This document shows, piece after piece, positions 34,410 to 47,741 of a DNA stretch of 64,000 bases. Each line of letters begins with the position of its first letter. The first letter of the stretch is position 1. Position numbers and translations under genes: made by a program. The notes under the pieces were generated by a model. That model had not been told where the DNA came from. It ran no database searches and was given only the letters and a program-made list of their open reading frames with translations. The DNA is from Antechinus flavipes (taxonomy: Eukaryota): the NCBI RefSeq assembly GCF_016432865.1, contig NC_067401.1:223138001-223202000 (forward strand), given 5' to 3'.

Positions 34410-36999
34410 TCTTTATATACATATATACACACACATACATGTTGTGCTATGCATCTATACATAGGAATCAGTTGAAACAATATATAATTGTACAGTCTTA
34501 AAAATTAAAATCATAAAACATGAGAACTTAGGTAATTAAAATTATTACTTTTAATTTGTTTAACCTTTTAACTTTAATCTTACATGGGATATTTTAATGG
34601 TTAAGCCACCTATTTATCAAAAAGCAAATGCCTTTTCTGAACTTTTTCTGAAATTATACAGATTCAAATTTTACTTTTTTCTATTTTACTTTTTCTAAAG
34701 GCTGATGGAAATCTTTGGGAGCCACTGGGAAAAATGAATGCATTTTAAGATGTCTTAACTGATCAGAGGAAATTAGTAGAGTATAAGTTTATCTTTAACC
34801 CTTGATATTTTAGCCAAATGGGTATTTTTATATAGCTATAAATTTTATTACTACCTTTTAATCATAGGGAATTATAGATCTCATTGTTTCAAAGATAATC
34901 TGATATCATTGGGGTAGTTTGAATTAGATTCTAAAATCAGCTAGCCAATGTCAAGCTTTTCCTTTGGGTTTGGGGTTTTTTTTTAGGGGGGGGAGGAATG
35001 GAGGAAAACAATGTTTTCTTTATTTTTTCCTCTCATTTTCTCTCCAAATATTTTTTACAAGCTAGCTTGTTTTCCTCAATGGTCTAGTTTGTTGATATTA
35101 AACTTTATCAAAGTAATCTTATTTTTAAAAATGCACTTTTTTGCTAAAATGTTTCTCACTAAAACTTTGTTAGAATGATTGTCATTTCCCTCACTAATTT
35201 TTTTTTAATTGACTCAGGTTAGGTGCTGTATAACAACAGCCTCAGATTCACAAAGTTCATAGAATATCTTTGAAAAATTGGAATAATCTAAAAAGTCATG
35301 ATGCAAAATTATTGGGGTTAAGTGCAGAGATACCATTCCCTTAAGAAATGGTCTACAAAACCACTTAAATACTTCAAATAACTCTTTTAGTGTCCAAACC
35401 ATAATGACAATTCTTGGTCACAAGTATAACTTTAAATCAAGTACTTTGAGGCAAAATGCCTTTCTCTTATATTTACAAAGCATATCTTAGATAAAGCAGA
35501 TTCCTTTATTTCTCTCCCACTTTATTTTTTTTCAATAAACTAACAAGATTATAAAATTTTTCCCCTTGACCCCTACTAGAGGTGCTTCAGAGCAAAAAAT
35601 AAAGTAAAAATGGGCTATACTAAAGTAGAAAAAAAGCATTATGGCCTTCCATATGTGTATCCCATGGTTATGCACAAAATCCATGTGAAGAATATAAATG
35701 TTTCTTTTTTTCAAATGATGATTTATAGTCTCACTCAATGTAATTTCATTTAATTACTTAACCAGCTATATAGGGTGTTTCTCTATTTTAAAAAAAATAT
35801 TTTTTCATTTCTTAAGGGAAAAGTCAAAAATTTTCCTTCTTATTCAACTTCCATAAACTGCTGATGACATTCCCTATATTGAAGAAAGAAAAGGGGAAAA
35901 AAAGCAAAATAGAGGTGAAAAGAAGAAATATATCTATAAATTTAAGTGAATAATACTAAAAGCAGTTACTAAGCTTAATTCTAATTAAATGAAACACCTA
36001 TATAAGCACATCATTTGAATTCCACATAAGGTTTATCTCTAAGTATGAAAAAGTACTTTGAAAGATAGAATGTGTCAGGTTACCGCAAAGTTTATCAACT
36101 CAAAATTATGAGACCAAAAGTTATTTTCAATTTAGGGCATGCTTGGTAGCAATTTTAATTTGGAATAATAGTAAAAGTGATGATAGGGCAAGGATTAGGA
36201 AAAGCTTGAAAAAGGAAATTTGCTAATGTATCTCCATCTCATACCATTCCCTAGTTGCCTTTCAATTATCTTAAAAGTATTACCTGCTTGAGATGAATGA
36301 AAGTGGACATTACATCAAAGACTTCTGAAAAGGGATATAATCACTTGTAATTAAGAAAAGTTTTTTCCCATTATCACCCTTTCTGTTAAACCAGGTGTTA
36401 CCAACCTTTGTGTGGCATGAATACCTTTAGCATCTAAAAGATGTTCCCCTGGTAAGGTATATAAATATATGGCAAATAACATTTATTATCTTATTAAACT
36501 TTAATAAAGGACAGTGCTAGTGGGAAAGAAAATGTTGATTGGAGAGAGAAAAATTTACAGTGCTAAAAAATGATGTACTGAATGATGTTTCTATTCAGAA
36601 AATAATATATCATATTTATTTTATATGTGATTATATGTGCAAACTTATTAAGAGTCAAGTCATATGGGAACCAAATAAAGTTGGCAACTCCAGTATTAAA
36701 GGGACTCTAACCCAATGTAATTTTACAAGTTCACTCCATAAGAGTACAAACTGACTTTCATTCTGAGTTCTTTTTTTTTCTTTTAATTTACTTTTCCCAC
36801 AAGTGAGTTTAAAAGAGTTGTGAATCATTATATGAATCTGCATCAAAATAGATGAGTTGTTTGAACAAGAATCATTTCTATGGAAAACTTTGCCTAGTGC
36901 TAATAATAGTAATAACATAATAACTGAATTAATGACACAAAGAGTTAGCAAAATTTTGCTTCAGCATTAGTCAAACAATATTTGTCTATTATTTGAGGT

Positions 37000-37213
37000 T
37001 AATAAGATTGAACAGAAAGATTTGTCTTTGTGAGTTCAAATCTGGACTCAGACATTAGCTGTGTAACCCTGGGCAATTCACTTAACCCTGCTTGCCTCAG
37101 TTTCCTCATCTGTAAAATGAGCTGAAAAAAAAAAAACAAACCAGTCAGTATCTTTGGTAAGAAAACACTAAAGGGATCACACAATCAGATATGACTAAAA
37201 ACGACTAAACAAT
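37000..37213 (+). mobile_element. MAR1-type CORE-SINE
   Basis: gagttcaaatctggactcagac, gcctcagtttcctcatctgtaaaatgagctg, cagtatctttggtaagaaaac, atgactaaaaacgactaaacaa. Confidence 0.9.
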
Positions 37214-39373
37214 ACCATGTGGACATGGCCTTGGAGTGCTTCAGTGGAAAATTGCTCTTCTCTTTTGTCTTTGTGACAAGAGTGAAATGCTTGATGAAAC
37301 TAGGATTGAGATGTTCAGACAAGGCATACTCTTCCTAGGTCCTGTAATAATAATGGAGCTGTATACAAGTGCAAATCAGAGCTCCATCTGCTGTGTTATA
37401 TTGCCTCCAGTTTATTCTCTCTGTGTGAGCCAAAAACATTGCACATTTATAAACAGAGACTATATTGTGCATAGTAGTGGTCCAGAAGAAGGCAGAGTAG
37501 TGCTACAACACCACCATCTGACTTAGATTTGCTTGCAGTAACCTGAAAGGGATTTTAATAGCTGGACAGCATAGGCTGTTTGTGTATGTATATGATTAGA
37601 TGTTCTTTAGAAGACCTGGGCAATGAGTAATAAAATACAGTAACTAAGCACATTTAAAATGTTTCTTATTATTTTTAGTGGAGGAGGATATTATTTTATG
37701 TTTATAATATGCTTTTTATCATTTATGTAATAAATGCTTAATATCACTTTCAATCGATAATGGGGTTCCATTGTCCTTTCTAGGCGAAAATGTAATGATG
37801 AAAATGCTAAAATTGATTAGTAGAATTCTAATTCAAGGTTGAATGGCACATAACACCTTGACTTCAACTTGATGACAAAACATCAGATAAATTCAACCAA
37901 ACATCCAGATGTTTTAGCTCCCTTATGCCAAACATCCTGATTGAAAGAATTTGATACTAAATTAACCCAACTGGTAACTAAAAAGTCATGTAAGCCATAG
38001 CTGGACTCAATAATGAAGTGCAATACTGTATAACAGAAGAATTTATTGGGAAAAAATGAAATTAATTTATAGTTAGGAAACTTTTGCTTGAATTTGATTG
38101 GTTGGTAAGGGATTGATTGATTGGTAAGAAAATTTTTATTCTTCTCCTAATATTAAAAAAATCAAGAGCATATATCTTTCATTGATATTTTAAAGACAGT
38201 TTTATTTGGTTGTTGGAATTGGGGTGGGTATGGGTTAGGTACACTAGTTGACATTTCAAGATCTCTTTTTACCATTTTATTCAGCCCTATTCATTAAGGT
38301 CTTATAGAGACTTTCACAAAGACACTTGGTTCATGTCTCATCTGAGACTGTACTGCACTGTAGTCTACAGATGAAAGACAAGTGTTATATCTGAGTAAAA
38401 AAGAAAATCCAATTCTGCTGAATCACCAATACTATATCACTGGGCTTGTATGACTTTTTGCTAGAGTGCAGGAAGGGGTGTAATATGAAAGTAGATGAAA
38501 AATTCAGGATGAGGCTACCATTTAAAGGTAAAGAGGGGATTATATTTCATCTTTGACTTAATAGGGAATTTCTGGAATTTAGTGAGATAAGGGATTATGT
38601 AAAGTTGTACCTTGGGAAAATTTCCTTTGGTGATGTGATAGACAAGGCCATCTTTACAAATAGGTAGAATAGGTTGCTGTCAACTTCATATGGCTATAAT
38701 GACCAATAGATCTTGAAGACTTGGAAGTCTCCAATTCTATTTGATTCAATTTAACAAGAATTTAATAAGCAATCCTATTTGCTAGGTACTATGATAGATG
38801 CTCAAAACACACACACATACAAAGTTCCTTGTGCAAATACAGACATCTTTAAATTCTTATCTATTCAGCTGTCAGTTGTTTGTTATCATTTTGTTGGGGA
38901 TTAGCAGAAGTGGGAACCAGAAATGACATTCTCTCTAAATAGGGAAGAGATTAAATGTTTTCTTAGAGACATGATAAAGCATTGAGAACAAACTTTCCTG
39001 ATTTTAAAATTATACAGTGGGTGGGTCTTCTTTATGGATTCTCAGTCACATAATAACTATTGTTTACATGTTACATGTCACATAATAACATTGTTTACAT
39101 TTTACAGCTCCCAGAAAAGGAATACTACTGCCCACTTTGTTCAATGATTCCATTTAATTCCATGTAAATTTTTTCTTCAAGAGTAAAATCTATAGAGTTT
39201 GTATGAATAATTCAATTATAATCAAAAGAAAAGTAGTATTTCTTTAAGGAAAAATAATATATATTTACTGTTGCCATTTTTTAATTGGACCTGTGATATC
39301 ATTGTTTTATGGAATTTCAGGTAAAAACCCTCCCTTAGCTTATTTACAGTGGCACTTTCTCTTAGTCTTAGAG

Positions 39374-39592
39374 CAGGAGCTCTTAATCTTTTTTATTTCA
39401 TAGAACCCTTTAGCAATCTAAGGAAACTTATGAACCCTCCTCAGAATAATGTTTTCAAATAATTGAAAGAAGTTCCAGTTTTTAGTTAGAGGTCATTGAA
39501 AATAAAGATGTAATTTTTTTATCATCCAAGGACCCCCTGAAATCTATTCACAGACCACTTTAGGGTGCACAGATATTAAGTTAAAAGCCCTT
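39374..39592. mobile_element. hAT-Charlie-type non-autonomous DNA transposon (Charlie4z-like)
   Basis: Imperfect TIRs CAGGAGCTCTTAA / TTAAAAGCCCTT and internal cctcagaataatgttttcaaat. Related fragments at ~17010-17055, ~36393-36450 and ~47770-47850. Family name from memory. Confidence 0.65.
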
Positions 39593-40789
39593 CTCTAAGA
39601 CAATCAGCTGGAGACACTGAGAAAGTCAATATTTTGCTCAGAATCACAATATGAGAAGAGCCTACAGGCCAGTCTTGATTATAGACCCTACTATAAATCA
39701 TTCATTTTCTCACTAATTGATCTTGCCTTTCTTTTATTCTTTGCTCCAGAAAATATAACATTCAGTAAAAAAAAAATCTCTAGTTAATTCTTACAACAGC
39801 CTTATGAGATGGAAGTCCAGTATATTATTTTGAAATCATTGTCTCAACAGCTTAAGGACAACAAGGTAAGAAATGGCAAATTGTCTGTCAATAAGGAAAT
39901 CAAAAGCCAAACAAATAACAAACAAAAGCAACACCTTCCCCAGCTCATTATCTCTCTGTTCCTAAACTCACTAGTGTGGGATAATTATTAGAGTGGTAGA
40001 CACAGAGTTAGGGATTCAAATTCCACTTCTAATGCTCATCAGCTATGTGATCACAAATAATTCATTTATTTAAGTTTCAATGTACTCACCTATACAATAG
40101 GGGTGATTACTAATCCTTATCGCATCCATAATAAATCATATGATAGTTCAGTGTTTCATATAAAATAGTGGATAAAAAAGTATTTTTATAAACATTAGGC
40201 TTTATAATTTTCCTTCCTGGTAGGTAAAAACAAGCAGAAACCTATATCAACCTAGAACCTAGAAGAAATCTTCCCATTGTATCCTTGGATAGGAAAAGGA
40301 TATCTTTCTATTCAACAATTAAAAAGGAACAAGATTGGCAGATCTCTACTACCCAATGTCCAACTAGTCTAGCTGTTTCTGAAACAAGTGTCATTGAATC
40401 CAGCAGAGATCAGAGTGAGCCATAATCTACCACCATTCTAATCAATTTATGGACTCTTTTTCTGTGAACACGTTCCAGGAGCTTTATTAAAAAAAAAAAA
40501 AGGATAATAGCTTTCTCATATTTCAAGGAAAAAGGGTCTCCTTTATCTATATTTTGCTGAAAACTTGACAAGTGTCCCTAGGTGTGTTTGAGCGGCTTTT
40601 TAACACTGATAGAAAATGATAATATTGGGGTGGATTGGGGATGAAAATATGTGAATGAGAAAAATGGACTAGTAGCAAAGACTTAGAGGATTACATTTCT
40701 CTACTAGTATCATTGGGATATAGTAATAAGCATTGAAGGCTTCTTGGAGCAGCCTCTTCTCTCTCTTTTACCTTTTCTGGTTTTCTGCA

Positions 40790-41260
40790 GGTCTCAGCTA
40801 AAGTCCTGCTTCCTGTAAGATGCCTTTCCCAGACCTCCTAAATTTTAGTTCTTCTCTTTAATAACACTCCCTGTATATATCTTATTCATACACACAATTG
40901 TTTAAATATATTGTTTCTTCCACTAGATTATGAGCTCCCTTGAGAGCAGGGACTATATTTTGCTTTTGTCTCCTTAATGCTTAGCACAGTATCTGGAAGT
41001 TAAGGAAGACACTGAACTTGGAATCAGGAAAATGAGTTCAAATCTCATTCTCAAACATCTATCAGCTGTTTAATCCTGGGAAAATCATTTAACTTCTCTC
41101 TACATTTCCTTAATTAAAAAATATGGATGATAATAATAATAATAATAATACTTACCTCACAAAATTGAGGAACAAAAGATATAATATTCATGAAATAACT
41201 TACCATAATGCCTGTCACTTAATAGGCAGTGGATAAATGTTTGTTCTTGTCCCCTTTATC
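40790..41260 (+). mobile_element. L2 3' end interrupted by a MIR (~41000-41200)
   Basis: cagctaaagtcctgcttcc...tagattatgagctcccttgagagcagggact...cttagcacagt, then a MIR head/core, then ataatgcctgtcacttaataggc...aaatgtttgt. Confidence 0.75.
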
Positions 41261-43752
41261 CAGGTATAGTAGGCTTTTAAGAAAAAAACCTAGTTGATTG
41301 ACATACTGGTTGGAGCATTGGGTGAACTGTAATAGAACATAGAGTAACTCAGAAAGGACAGAACTGGCTGAATTCCGATCTATATTATTAGTGTCCACAT
41401 ACAAATTGAGATCATTGAGATCATCAATCCCTTTGTGTATTTGAGTATTATTATTAGAGACACAGCCTATTTGATATAACCTATTTCAAAGCATCACAGG
41501 ATACTATCTATTTCTATTTTCCCAAGACATATAACGGAAAAAAATGATTTTGATGATGGAAAAAGTGCATTTTTCTTACTGATTTTGAAAGGTAGAAAAA
41601 TGAAACTTTCTCAAAGAAAAAACCTTGACTTTGGATGAATAGTATGTTCCATAATGTTACTATTGCCAGCTGCAGATTTGAAAAACAGGAATACTGTTTG
41701 CTTATTTCCCTTGATTTGTGGTATATTTTTACTTCAGGAAAGAATTGTGTTAATAAATGAAGAACCTGTATTTATCATCTATCTATATATCTAACATGCA
41801 TGTATCTATTTATCTATCTATACACTCACATATAATCTTTATGTGTGTATGCATATACATATCATGTTTCAAAAGTGTTCATGCAGTTTTAATATAGATA
41901 TGTGTATGAGTATGTAATATATATATGTGTGTGTATATATACACAAGCACATATACATACATACATATTATTTAAACAGACATTAAAGCTATTTTGCTGT
42001 TTTCAGAAAATTTTGCTTGGAAACTTAACTTCAATATACTGACTATATACTACAGGCTCTCATACATGAAGTGTTATAGTGCTCCACATTGAATAAGCAT
42101 TTGTTTCCTCAAACATCTGTTTGTTAGATTGTACTGATAAGGTTCTTGTTCAGAAATTTCTTTGATCTGAATGTAGTGCACGTACACTAAGTTTTCCTCC
42201 ATTTCTTCACTGGGGCAAGGAAGTGATCTGGGATTCCCAAAGGCTAAGCAAGCTCTGGTGAATCCTGTCAATTCTGGATTGTAAGTCATCTAACATTCAA
42301 GGACTAACCTAGCTATGAATAGAGAATCTCAATACCAAACTGACCACAGAGTGAAAAATTATTGAGCTAGCAACTCATGGTGATTGTACTAGAGGAGTCA
42401 CTATCTGTATTTGCGGAAGGAGTTCCCACAGTCAAAGAAATAACATTCTTTGAATATCAAAATCATGAAATGTTGAAAACTATGTAATCACCTTCATTAC
42501 ATATATAATAGCATTTTCATGGATCCATGGTTTTGTCAATATGAACTTTTTTATTATGTATAACTCAACACATAAATTAATACCTCATGCAATCTTTTAA
42601 AAAATCCAACAAAATTCATATTTGCTTAAAAATCCAATGATTTGCACCTGATATCATTTAAAAATCTGTACTACACTAAATATTGAACTTTAACAATTTC
42701 CTTCCACTTTTCAATTTTTACAATTTCCTGGTTCTTTCTCTATCGAAAATTTGTTATTTTTTTTCCTTGCTGAAATCTATATTCTCTTGATCATATCTTT
42801 AGCCTCACTAGTTTACAAAATACTTTTTATCTTTGTAACTCCATTTAAGAAAAAAAAAATCTTATCCCCTCTATTTCTCTTATCTGCAACTCTCTTTCAA
42901 GTGAGTAACTCTGCTTTCTTTATCTCTCACCTTTCACCACTCCTCTTTTGGAACACGGAGGGAATCCATTTTCTAAACTAAAATTTAGAACTAAAGTTTC
43001 ACTCATTCCTTTTTCTGACTATAGCAGTTGCATTTTCTACAGCTACAAATATGTTACCAAAAAAACCCAAAAAACAAAAACAATGACATCAGAGTTTATT
43101 ATATAAATTGTCTTCTATTCTGATAAAGACATTTAAGTCTATAATTCATTACAATGAAAAAAGATACAAATTTAGGTATCGACCAACCCAACTTAAAAAG
43201 CTCTCTAATTTCTCAGGTCCAGATATAAACTGCCTTGAAATAGTTACATCACTTAGAACCTAATTCTATTCAAAACAAAACCCTAAATGCTAATGAAATC
43301 TACAGATAAATAGTGAAGAATTGAACAAAAAAAAATCCAATTTGTTGCTAAACTGTTTGGATTTTCTTAATATAAAGTAGGATTCTTCTCAAATATTACT
43401 ATTAATGTTTTTTGACAACAAAAATGGGGCCCTTTTCTATAATGGGCACATAGTAGGCTTATATAAGGAGACAACCCAACTATTGCTTTCTGGTAGATTA
43501 TTATGGCTCTGGAGTTTGCAAATCCATTATCCTTTGTACATTTATTTTTCAAGAATCAAAGTAGAGCCAAAATGAGAAACTATTTCCAAGTCTATTTTTT
43601 TCTGTTCTGTGTGTATAGGTATTTTTATTCCAAGGAAGTAACACACTTCCATAGTATTTTTTTTAATATATCTTAAGTCACCATGAATAAGCTTGGAGGA
43701 AGAAAGAGAAGATAAAGAAATTATAAATATTGTATAGAAAATTAGATGGGGA

Positions 43753-43908
43753 GGGGAGAAACTTGATGATACATTATATAAAGCATTTACCCTGGAATCA
43801 GGAGAACCTGAGTTCAAATCTAATCTCAGACACTTAATATTTATTGCTGTGTGATCCTGGGCAGGTCAGTTAATCACAATTACCTTACAAAACAAACATA
43901 AAAAAAGA
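43753..43908 (+). mobile_element. WSINE1-type SINE, diverged
   Basis: ccctggaatcaggagaacctgagttcaaatctaatctcagacacttaatatt...gtgtgatcctgggcagg plus A-rich tail. Confidence 0.8.
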
Positions 43909-44617
43909 AAATCAGGTGGGAAAATGTGGTTTTCTTATGGATTTTGAAATCTGGAAAATAGATACTTCCTTTTATTCAGTATATATCATGTTTATAATAT
44001 TTCCATATTGTCTTCCCCCATTAGATCAGAACAGAAACTTTTTAAAAATTTTCTTTGTCAAGCACTTTGCACATAGTAGTTGCTTAGGAGATACCTGTTT
44101 TCTTCACAACATATATTGCCTTCCAACATCCCCTACCTATTGTAATCAACCCTGCAAATACTGATTATATCATAGAGCTATAAGTTACGGCTCTGTAACT
44201 TTAAAAGCTCTTCTTTAGGTTTTTCTTTAGACCTCTGGACTAGAGGTACTTGCTCAGTTTAGGTGGCACTTTCCCATGGAGACTAACTCTATGCTCCCTT
44301 AAACTCAGTGTCTAATATATCTTCACATTCTCCTAAAATATTTTATTTGGATCTCTCCTTTGTCCTTAGCTAAGTCTATGTTGTATTATACTTATCTGGG
44401 TATCTTTATTCCTATCAAAGTGTAAGTTCTTTGATGACAAGAACCATCATTTGTTATCTAAATAGAAAAAGTCCCTAGCACAGTACCTGGCATGCTTAAG
44501 GATCAGCTGATGAAATTATGGTTAAATTAATGTGAATAATGAAAATATTTCCATACTACAAATTATGTATCCCTGGCATTATTTTGCCACTTATGAAATG
44601 TGGATTCAAAATTACAT

Positions 44618-44900
44618 TGTATATATATATATATATTTAAATACCCACATATAAGCAGGCAGATACACATAAACACACACATATATTACACAGAAACACA
44701 GAGACAGATAAATACAGAGAGACACAGAAATAGAGACAAAGAGAGAGAGAGACAGAGAAGGGAGGGGGGAAGAGGAGAGTGGGTAGGTGGAAGAAACAAG
44801 AAACAAGGAGACATAAAAATTCTGTGACAAGAGTCACAGAATTGGACATAAAGAGAAACAGAGAGAATGAGACTAGAAGACAGAGAACAAGCCTCAGAAC
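44618..44900. repeat. Compound TA/CA/GA simple repeat
   Basis: Direct reading. Confidence 0.85.
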
Positions 44901-45727
44901 CAAGAAGAACTGAATTTTTGTACTACTTGCAACAAATACTACCTACTGTGACAAGTTACAATCTCTCACTGTTTTAGACAACTCTCTCAAACTATAAATT
45001 ACAGAAAAAGTTCTGGCCTGCACAGGGACAGGGACATTCTTTGGATATGAATTATTTATACTAGTTAAACCCTAGATTCTAGTCATGTATATGTATATAT
45101 AGAGTTACATAAATATATACATATATACATATACAGTTTAGTAAGGAATTAGAAAGACCAAGTATATCATAAGGATCTTGAAGACAGGGAACATCTATAT
45201 ATGGTTATATTTTCCATAATGCAGAGGAGAAAGTCAACAACAAAATATTTTTTGGAGTGACTTGATCAGAGTCACAAAGCTAGAGACAATAAAAGTAACT
45301 CATGTTCATAGACCCTACTCAAAGATTTTATAGTTTCATATCTTCCAACATATCAAGAATTCATGATTACTTATTAATAGATGCTGGATTCAGTAAAAAC
45401 AGCATAGCTGATTGAGAAGCAATCTGCAAACTGAATTTCACATTCACTCTCTAACATATATGGACTGTGTGAGCAAATCACTTAATTTCTTATGACTTAA
45501 AACTCTCTAAAATTAAGCCCCAGAAAAGATACTGATCTTCATCAGCAGCCCATAAAATAGTAAGATTTTATATGTACATGAGGTGTAGGGACAGAGGATG
45601 AAAGAAACACAGACAGATTGAGGGTTGTAAATAGAGAACTGGCTTTCTCTGGCCAAGTCACTTAACATTTATGTGTTCTAGTTATCTATTTAAAATGAAA
45701 TTCCCACTGGTGGAGAGTTCTGAGTCA

Positions 45728-45728
45728 A

Positions 45729-45761
<33 letters not shown>

Positions 45762-45762
45762 C
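45728..45762. repeat. (AAC)n microsatellite, about 10 units
   Basis: Direct reading. Confidence 0.9.
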
Positions 45763-46425
45763 CCCAGTAACAGAGATCAAGAGACTAAGAATGGCAGCAT
45801 TGACTTTTTTTTTAACTTCTGAAAGTGTAGCAAGCTAGTATTAAGCATTTCTTCTTAATTATAAAGTTAAGGAATAAAAAATTCTAACAAGCTTATGAGT
45901 TAGAAACAGATACAAGTCCTCTCATTCTTCCATTTAAATTGTTGTCCTCCTAATATTTATGTAGCTATTAAATTCTTTCCTTTTTCATCCCTTCTCTATT
46001 TAATTTAGTTATGGGATTTGTTCAGATCTTAAATTGTTCAAAATAAATACATTTACAGTTTTAAAGTGATAGAAAAAACACTAATAGGTCATTTACATTG
46101 CTTTTACTTACAACATATCAAAATCTGAAATTTTTAAATATACTTTTAATGAGGCATGTATACTATCTACAGCATGAATAACAGATCTGAATCAATTTAG
46201 GTGTGCTACTAAACACACTAGTTTGGTTTTGCTGGTCTTCTCAAAGGTATTTCCTTGTGCTAAAATGTAATTCATTATCACCAGAAAAATAAGTCAAAAA
46301 AGACTCTATATCATAGAATCTGAAAGGCTTCTATAGCTGTTGTCCATTCAGCAACACTATTTGTTTCCACTCTTAAGTTCTCTTTCTCTCTGTCTCGCTG
46401 TCACTGTCTCTATCTCTGTGTCACT

Positions 46426-46553
46426 NNNNNNNNNNNNNNNNNNNNNNNNNNNNNNNNNNNNNNNNNNNNNNNNNNNNNNNNNNNNNNNNNNNNNNNNNNN
46501 NNNNNNNNNNNNNNNNNNNNNNNNNNNNNNNNNNNNNNNNNNNNNNNNNNNNN
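46426..46553. other. Assembly gap (128 N)
   Basis: Run of N next to a CT-rich tract. Confidence 1.
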
Positions 46554-47239
46554 CTCCTTCCACACTCCCCCCACCCCCCCCAGCTAATACCTTGGGAAAT
46601 ACTCGTCAGGGAAATGAATCATGTCTTAAAAACCTAAAGGAAAAGCATTGTAAATTGAAGTATAAAGATCAGTCTGTGGCTTTTACTCATTATGTCTCTT
46701 CCTCCTCCTGACCACCTGTAGACAATTTCACTGATCATTAGCCCTCTCATCAGTCAGCAGGGAAGGGAATAAGAAAGAGAGAAACTCAAGGGAACCAATT
46801 CCTCCCTTGCAAACCCATATAAGTCAGGTAGGAACGAAGTCTAAAACTTAAGGTAGATAGACAAAGGATAAAGAAATAAATATGTATGTACATAAATATG
46901 TATAGATACATGTATGTGTATTTATATAAAATATAAAATTTCAGTATATTTAGATTTAAACCTTAGTGAAATTCCTGGAGCATTAAGTTTGTGATATAGA
47001 GCCAGTATGCATTGGAGGGGAGTCCAGTGATTCTGGATTCTAAAGTCAGTATGCTGGCATAAACTGTATTGCCTCAAGGTTGTATTGCCAGTAACAATGA
47101 TAATATTAACAGAAATAACTATGAAGTTTGTTTTTGGGTAATTCTGATCAATCAAGGAAAACAAATGCATTCTTGTGTCCACTGGTTCAAGAAAAATGAT
47201 TCTTAAATCTTAATATATGTGCCTGTGTGTGTGAAGGAG

Positions 47240-47486
47240 ATTGGGTGGAGGGGGGGAGGGGGAAGAGAGTGATAGGGAGAGAAAACGAAAGAGACAAAGA
47301 CTGACAGTTGAGAGACAGATACAGAGACAGAGATAGAGAGACAAACACAGAGGAGGGGAGGGAGGGAGGGGGCAGGAGGAGGGAGAAGAGAGAGAGGTAG
47401 GGGAAAGGGGAAGGGGAGGAGGAGGGAAAGAGAAGGGGAAGAGGGGAAAGGGGAAGGGGAGGAGGAGGGAAGGAGGCAGAGAGAGA
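47240..47486. repeat. GA/G-rich polypurine tract
   Basis: Near-pure purine on the plus strand with many G3-G5 runs; source of the spurious 181-aa ORF. Confidence 0.9.
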
Positions 47487-47503
47487 CCCCCTTTGGTTAT
47501 CTA

Positions 47504-47741
47504 TTGTTGTTATTGGGTCCTTTTGATTACTGTCTGACTCTTTGCAACCCTTTTTGGGGTTTTCTTGGCATAAGAACTGTACTGGTTTGCTATTTCCTTC
47601 TCTATTCATTTTATAGATGAGATTTATAGAGGGTTTAGTGACTTTCCCAGGATCATACAGTTTATGTGTCAGAGACCAAATTGAACGAAGGAGATGAGTT
47701 TCCTGAATCCAGGCCCAAGACCACTGCATCACTTAGCTGCC
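47504..47741 (-). mobile_element. MAR1-type CORE-SINE
   Basis: tgtctgactctttgcaaccc...ggggttttcttggc...ggtttgctatttccttctc...acttagctgcc. Confidence 0.85.
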
